DNA of 64,000 nt from Oculina patagonica. Its lineage: Eukaryota. A model generated the notes under the pieces. It made no database searches and had not been told where the DNA came from. It saw only the letters and a list, made by a program, of their open reading frames with translations. Where the stretch lies: the NCBI RefSeq assembly GCF_052425735.1, contig NC_135760.1, positions 19,840,001 through 19,904,000 of the forward strand. The letters run 5' to 3'. This document shows positions 60,508-64,000 of the stretch, one piece after another. How positions within the stretch are numbered: position 1 is the first letter of the stretch; the number at the start of each line of letters is the position of its first letter. The translations under genes were made by a program, and so were the position numbers.

Positions 60508-62466
60508 TTAACTCGAAGCTGCTGAAGCGGGAGCTAGAGCGGGCGCTGGAGCAACTAAATCCTTAGTGCCATCGCGGCAAAATTCTCTAGTTTCTTTAAA
60601 GAAGTAGTCTGCACGTTCTCTGCTGATCCCTTCCGGATTGATAATGGCTGGGAGCTGGCCTGGTAGTGGAAGCTGACTTCTGTTTCGGAGAAGGTTGATG
60701 GCCCTTTCTTCTGAAAACCAATACTGTTTGCAGAATACAGTTCCGGGGAAATCTTTGTCAAACCGGAAGTGGTGATAGGACTTAATCTTTGGTAATTTCT
60801 TGAAGTATTGTTTAAAGTAAGTGACCCAGTCATAAGTTGGGACACGAACAGTTCCGTTGTGGAGTCCCACAAGTTCAGCCACATTCACAATAGCCGATTC
60901 TTCCACTGCTCTAGCGATATCAAATAAGGAGGAAATAAAAGTACGTCTTGTCTTTTGCTTTACTAAACCAAAGCACCAGTCAGGAGAAAATTTCGTGTGC
61001 CCCGCGAGTAGGAAGTGATAGTTTATAGTATTGTGAAGTCCGTTCATTACGCGCCACAAATAATACCATATGAACGCCGAATTCTTGTTTTGTGCTCCGC
61101 AATTGTCGGCGTGAAGATGAACGTCAGTTTCGCCCAGTCCGTGGCGTTCAAAAAAGAAATGCACAAATGAAATGGTGCTGTTCGCACCCTTGCCAGTCAG
61201 TACACTTTCGTCAATAAGAAAGTCGACTTGGCGAGGTATCGCTTCGCAACAAACGCCAAAGAGTCCACATTTTCGAGGCGTCTTGAAGTAAATTGGACCT
61301 GGCTGATTTGGATCTGACGGGTAATGAAGCTGTTGCGCGTAATCGTAGGAATAATGCATAGTACCATTGTATGAGAGGGGCTCGCGTCCGTGAGCAAAGT
61401 CGACTTCTTCGAGAAAATGTTGAACATGATGCTTAGCCTCCTCGCAACAGTTCTTATAATGTTCACGTTCTCCAGAAGAGAGGCGAAGATGTTCTTCCTG
61501 GGCCCTGACTGCTTCCACTTTTTCCGTCTCGGGTAAATTTGCAGTTCTATGAATCTGATTATTGTTTTTTTGGCACGTCCAACATAAATCAGTAGCCGGT
61601 CGCATGATGAGAATGAAAGGGCAGAGTTGATTCCACAGGTCGCAAAATTTAGAATAGCCAACCGAGACTTCACCAATTCCGGTACAGATGTCTGCATAAC
61701 GTTTCCAAAGACCATGTTTCGTGAGATTTGAAGGTAATAACTTAACGTCTATTCGCTTAAAACCTGGTACACGCCCTGGAAGAAGGAGGGCTTGTTCTTC
61801 GGCCGTGTTTTTGATGAATTTAACAACTTGCTCAACTGTCTCGGAAGAACAAGCACTGCTGGGTAGCCGTTTGGCGTTTCCATGGACGCGTAAAGTTAAA
61901 CCATTTTTCCTGTAGTGTTTAACTAGGCTGTAAAATCGGTTGTGCTGGAGGCAGTGTAAAAAGAGAAATGTTTTCATACAGATTCTTTTCCCGTGGTAGA
62001 AGTATGCCATTCTTGCATTTTGCCGATTTTTTTCCACTCTGCCAGAGATGCTTGTTTCGTTGCAATTTAACGAGCTCTGTATTGTGCCCAGCATGACTAA
62101 GTCAAGTTCAGTCGAGGTCAGTTCACTGCAGTTGTTTCGTGAGTCAGCGAAGTCGTCGAGCGTAAGGGAAAGGCTACAAGCCTTCTCATCCGGGCCTAAT
62201 TTACAGTTACACGTATCTGCGTAGAACTTCTGCACCTTGGCTCGCTCAGACATGTGAACTTCCATGAGTTCCACGTCTTCATCTTCGTTGAAATCAAGGT
62301 TTTCGTCATCATCGTCCTCGTCGGAACTGCTGTTGTCGGAGTCCGAGTCAAATGCTTCCTCATCATTTTCTCGTGCACTGAAGTACGAATTAGTTAAGCC
62401 TCCCAAACGATCTAAATCTTCCGATTCCAAATTTAAACAGTGTAATTCGTCTGTGCTGCATTCCAT
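60508..62466 (-). CDS. Intact 652-aa Sola-like DDD transposase
   Basis: Uninterrupted ORF with an acidic N-terminus, CxC...C and ICMKTFLFL...HGN motifs, and D-x-CxxC (TDLCWTC). Putative catalytic triad SYDYAQ / HADNCGAQNKN / FLLAGHTKFSPDWCFG, the pattern characteristic of Sola-type transposases. Confidence 0.8.
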   Translation of the reverse strand: MECSTDELHCLNLESEDLDRLGGLTNSYFSARENDEEAFDSDSDNSSSDEDDDDENLDFNEDEDVELMEVHMSERAKVQKFYADTCNCKLGPDEKACSLSLTLDDFADSRNNCSELTSTELDLVMLGTIQSSLNCNETSISGRVEKNRQNARMAYFYHGKRICMKTFLFLHCLQHNRFYSLVKHYRKNGLTLRVHGNAKRLPSSACSSETVEQVVKFIKNTAEEQALLLPGRVPGFKRIDVKLLPSNLTKHGLWKRYADICTGIGEVSVGYSKFCDLWNQLCPFILIMRPATDLCWTCQKNNNQIHRTANLPETEKVEAVRAQEEHLRLSSGEREHYKNCCEEAKHHVQHFLEEVDFAHGREPLSYNGTMHYSYDYAQQLHYPSDPNQPGPIYFKTPRKCGLFGVCCEAIPRQVDFLIDESVLTGKGANSTISFVHFFFERHGLGETDVHLHADNCGAQNKNSAFIWYYLWRVMNGLHNTINYHFLLAGHTKFSPDWCFGLVKQKTRRTFISSLFDIARAVEESAIVNVAELVGLHNGTVRVPTYDWVTYFKQYFKKLPKIKSYHHFRFDKDFPGTVFCKQYWFSEERAINLLRNRSQLPLPGQLPAIINPEGISRERADYFFKETREFCRDGTKDLVAPAPALAPASAASS

Positions 62467-63900
62467 GATAGTTTCCGTGACGGTTTCGGTGGACTAATGA
62501 AATATGCGTCTCGTTGTAACTATGGTAATGAATTGATCAATTCATATCCCATAATGAGGCTTCCAGAGTCGGAGCAGGAACCACACGAAGGAATAAAAAA
62601 CATAGTAATAAACATGGGGCATTGCGGAGTGGTTTACTGTCGTATAATGATTTATACATATAAAAGATTTTTCTTCCTTCGATGAAGTTTAATTTAAATA
62701 CAAAACAGCGTTTTCGCTCGAGCATAAGAACGATCGTGAGCTTACGCTCCGCCGAACTAGTAAGTTAGAATACGTTATTAACTGGGCGTTAGTCCAGTTC
62801 ATAGATTCGGTAGCTCATTATACAATTTATACCTCATTCTCCCTGTTGTTTCGTTAATGAGGGTTTTGTTTTTTGCGTATATTTTGAAGGAAAAGGAGAG
62901 ACGTCATGTTATGTTGTGTAGAATTAGGAGGAACGCTAGGACTGAGTTGGATGACAGGGGAGGAAGCAGGTGAATGCGAAGTTTTCGGGACGAAAAGATT
63001 GAAAAAGTTGTTCAAAAAACGCCATTTTGAATAATAGCGGACATATTTGACCGGTGGAGACTAGTGGAATCGTGGACTCTGGGGACGAGAATGGCGAGTC
63101 GCAGCCTGAACGTTTGGAATCCAAATGAACCGAAAAGGAATTTTGTAAGGATGACAGGAAGAATTTCTTGTGAGAGGAGGTTGAATTATATAGGCTGTGC
63201 ACTGAAGGCAGACGGTGATGAGAGACGAGTTCAGGTATGACATGTGTTTTTTATAATAGAATGTAGTTTGCGCGTTCCCATGTTTATTGACCTTTATTGC
63301 CAGCTTTCGCTTTGATTTTGGACCGGCGATCCGATTAAAACAACTTGAACTGTTTAGTGAAGTAAGAATACTCAAAGCAATGGTCGTCGGTTATTGTTTT
63401 TGGTTCTTTAAGAGCATTTTATCGACATTGCATTATGTAAGCTTATATTTTTGGTTTACGTTTTTGGCTGTGTTTGCTAGATCTGGTTTTGTTTGGCCAG
63501 AAAATTACTGAAATAAGCTTAACATATTTCTTTTACCCTTTGTTCGCTTTTTGGAGGCAAAGTTATTTTGGCTACTGTGTGCAACATTGAAGGTGATAAA
63601 GAGGGTTAATTGTTACTGATATCCGTTTGCTTCAAATCTGTTTAAAGCTCGGGGAACTTGCTACAAAACGGAAATAATTTTTGAAACTGCATAAAGCTGA
63701 TATTGCATGGCTAAAAATAGTTGCCTAAGTTCATGATGGTGCATGCTCCCATTATAGTCGCTACATATAGATCTGCTACGAAATGGAATGAAGTTGTTTA
63801 AAAACCGATAGCCTATTGAATATTGGTCATACACCGATACAAGCAATTTGTTCTTTAAAAAGAAAAAAAACCTGGCAGTTTGCTGCTGTGTGAGAGTTTT

Positions 63901-64000
63901 AGGGCCTGTTTACATGATTCATGAATGACTCATTCCGGAACAAGTTAATCCCATCCCGATATATTTCACTCTATCTGTTTACATGATACCAAGACAAAAG
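63901..64000. mobile_element. Left end of a probable Harbinger-like MITE
   Basis: tta|gggcctgtttacatga, with internal gtttacatgatacc; truncated by the window edge. Confidence 0.45.

Larger units (their letters stand above)
54072..62500 (-). mobile_element. Large composite DNA-transposon-like insertion in an NF1 intron (right end not found)
   Basis: Abrupt start ccctccacgggaaaac, followed by clustered TGACACGC subterminal repeats (54100-54345). Contains a BEN-domain gene, internal tandem repeats and a transposase ORF. No NF1 exon was found from 53671 to 64000. Confidence 0.55.

Noticed and set aside
61986-61996. ttttcccgtgg, an 11-bp reverse complement of the 54076 end, as a candidate right TIR
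   Set aside because: It lies inside the intact transposase ORF (codes YHGKR) and has no mirrored subterminal repeats; treated as coincidence.
62500-63900. Further NF1 exons or additional genes
   Set aside because: No NF1-like peptide found on the - strand; the short ORFs have stops or lack motifs.

Overview
Eukaryotic (animal) genomic DNA: AT-rich, intron-dense and full of MITEs and SINEs. The repeat repertoire suggests a stony coral or other anthozoan (inference). From left to right: (1) the last exon of a DsbA/FrnE-like thioredoxin-fold gene (+). (2) A tandem duplication (offset about 4.4 kb) of an intronless, Ser/Glu-rich orphan gene (-) with an N-terminal MGSCNS acylation motif and a C-terminal KKNKVAPL (VxPx) motif. 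Copy 2 has a 1-bp frameshift and a Penelope-like insertion with two inverted hammerhead ribozyme motifs. (3) Most of a neurofibromin (NF1) gene on the - strand: 63 exons traced by hand from 53670 down to the stop at 11970, including the RasGAP and Sec14-PH regions. Its introns hold two identical tRNA-Leu(TAG) genes, a Penelope remnant, many MITEs/SINEs, and a TTAA element that has captured part of an NF1 exon. (4) From about 54.07 kb, an NF1 intron of more than 10 kb containing an apparently composite DNA transposon: a CACTA-like end with subterminal repeats, a spliced BEN-domain gene, internal tandem repeats and an intact 652-aa Sola-like DDD transposase. The 5' part of NF1 and the right end of that element are not in the window. 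All homology calls come from motif recognition by eye; no database searches were run.
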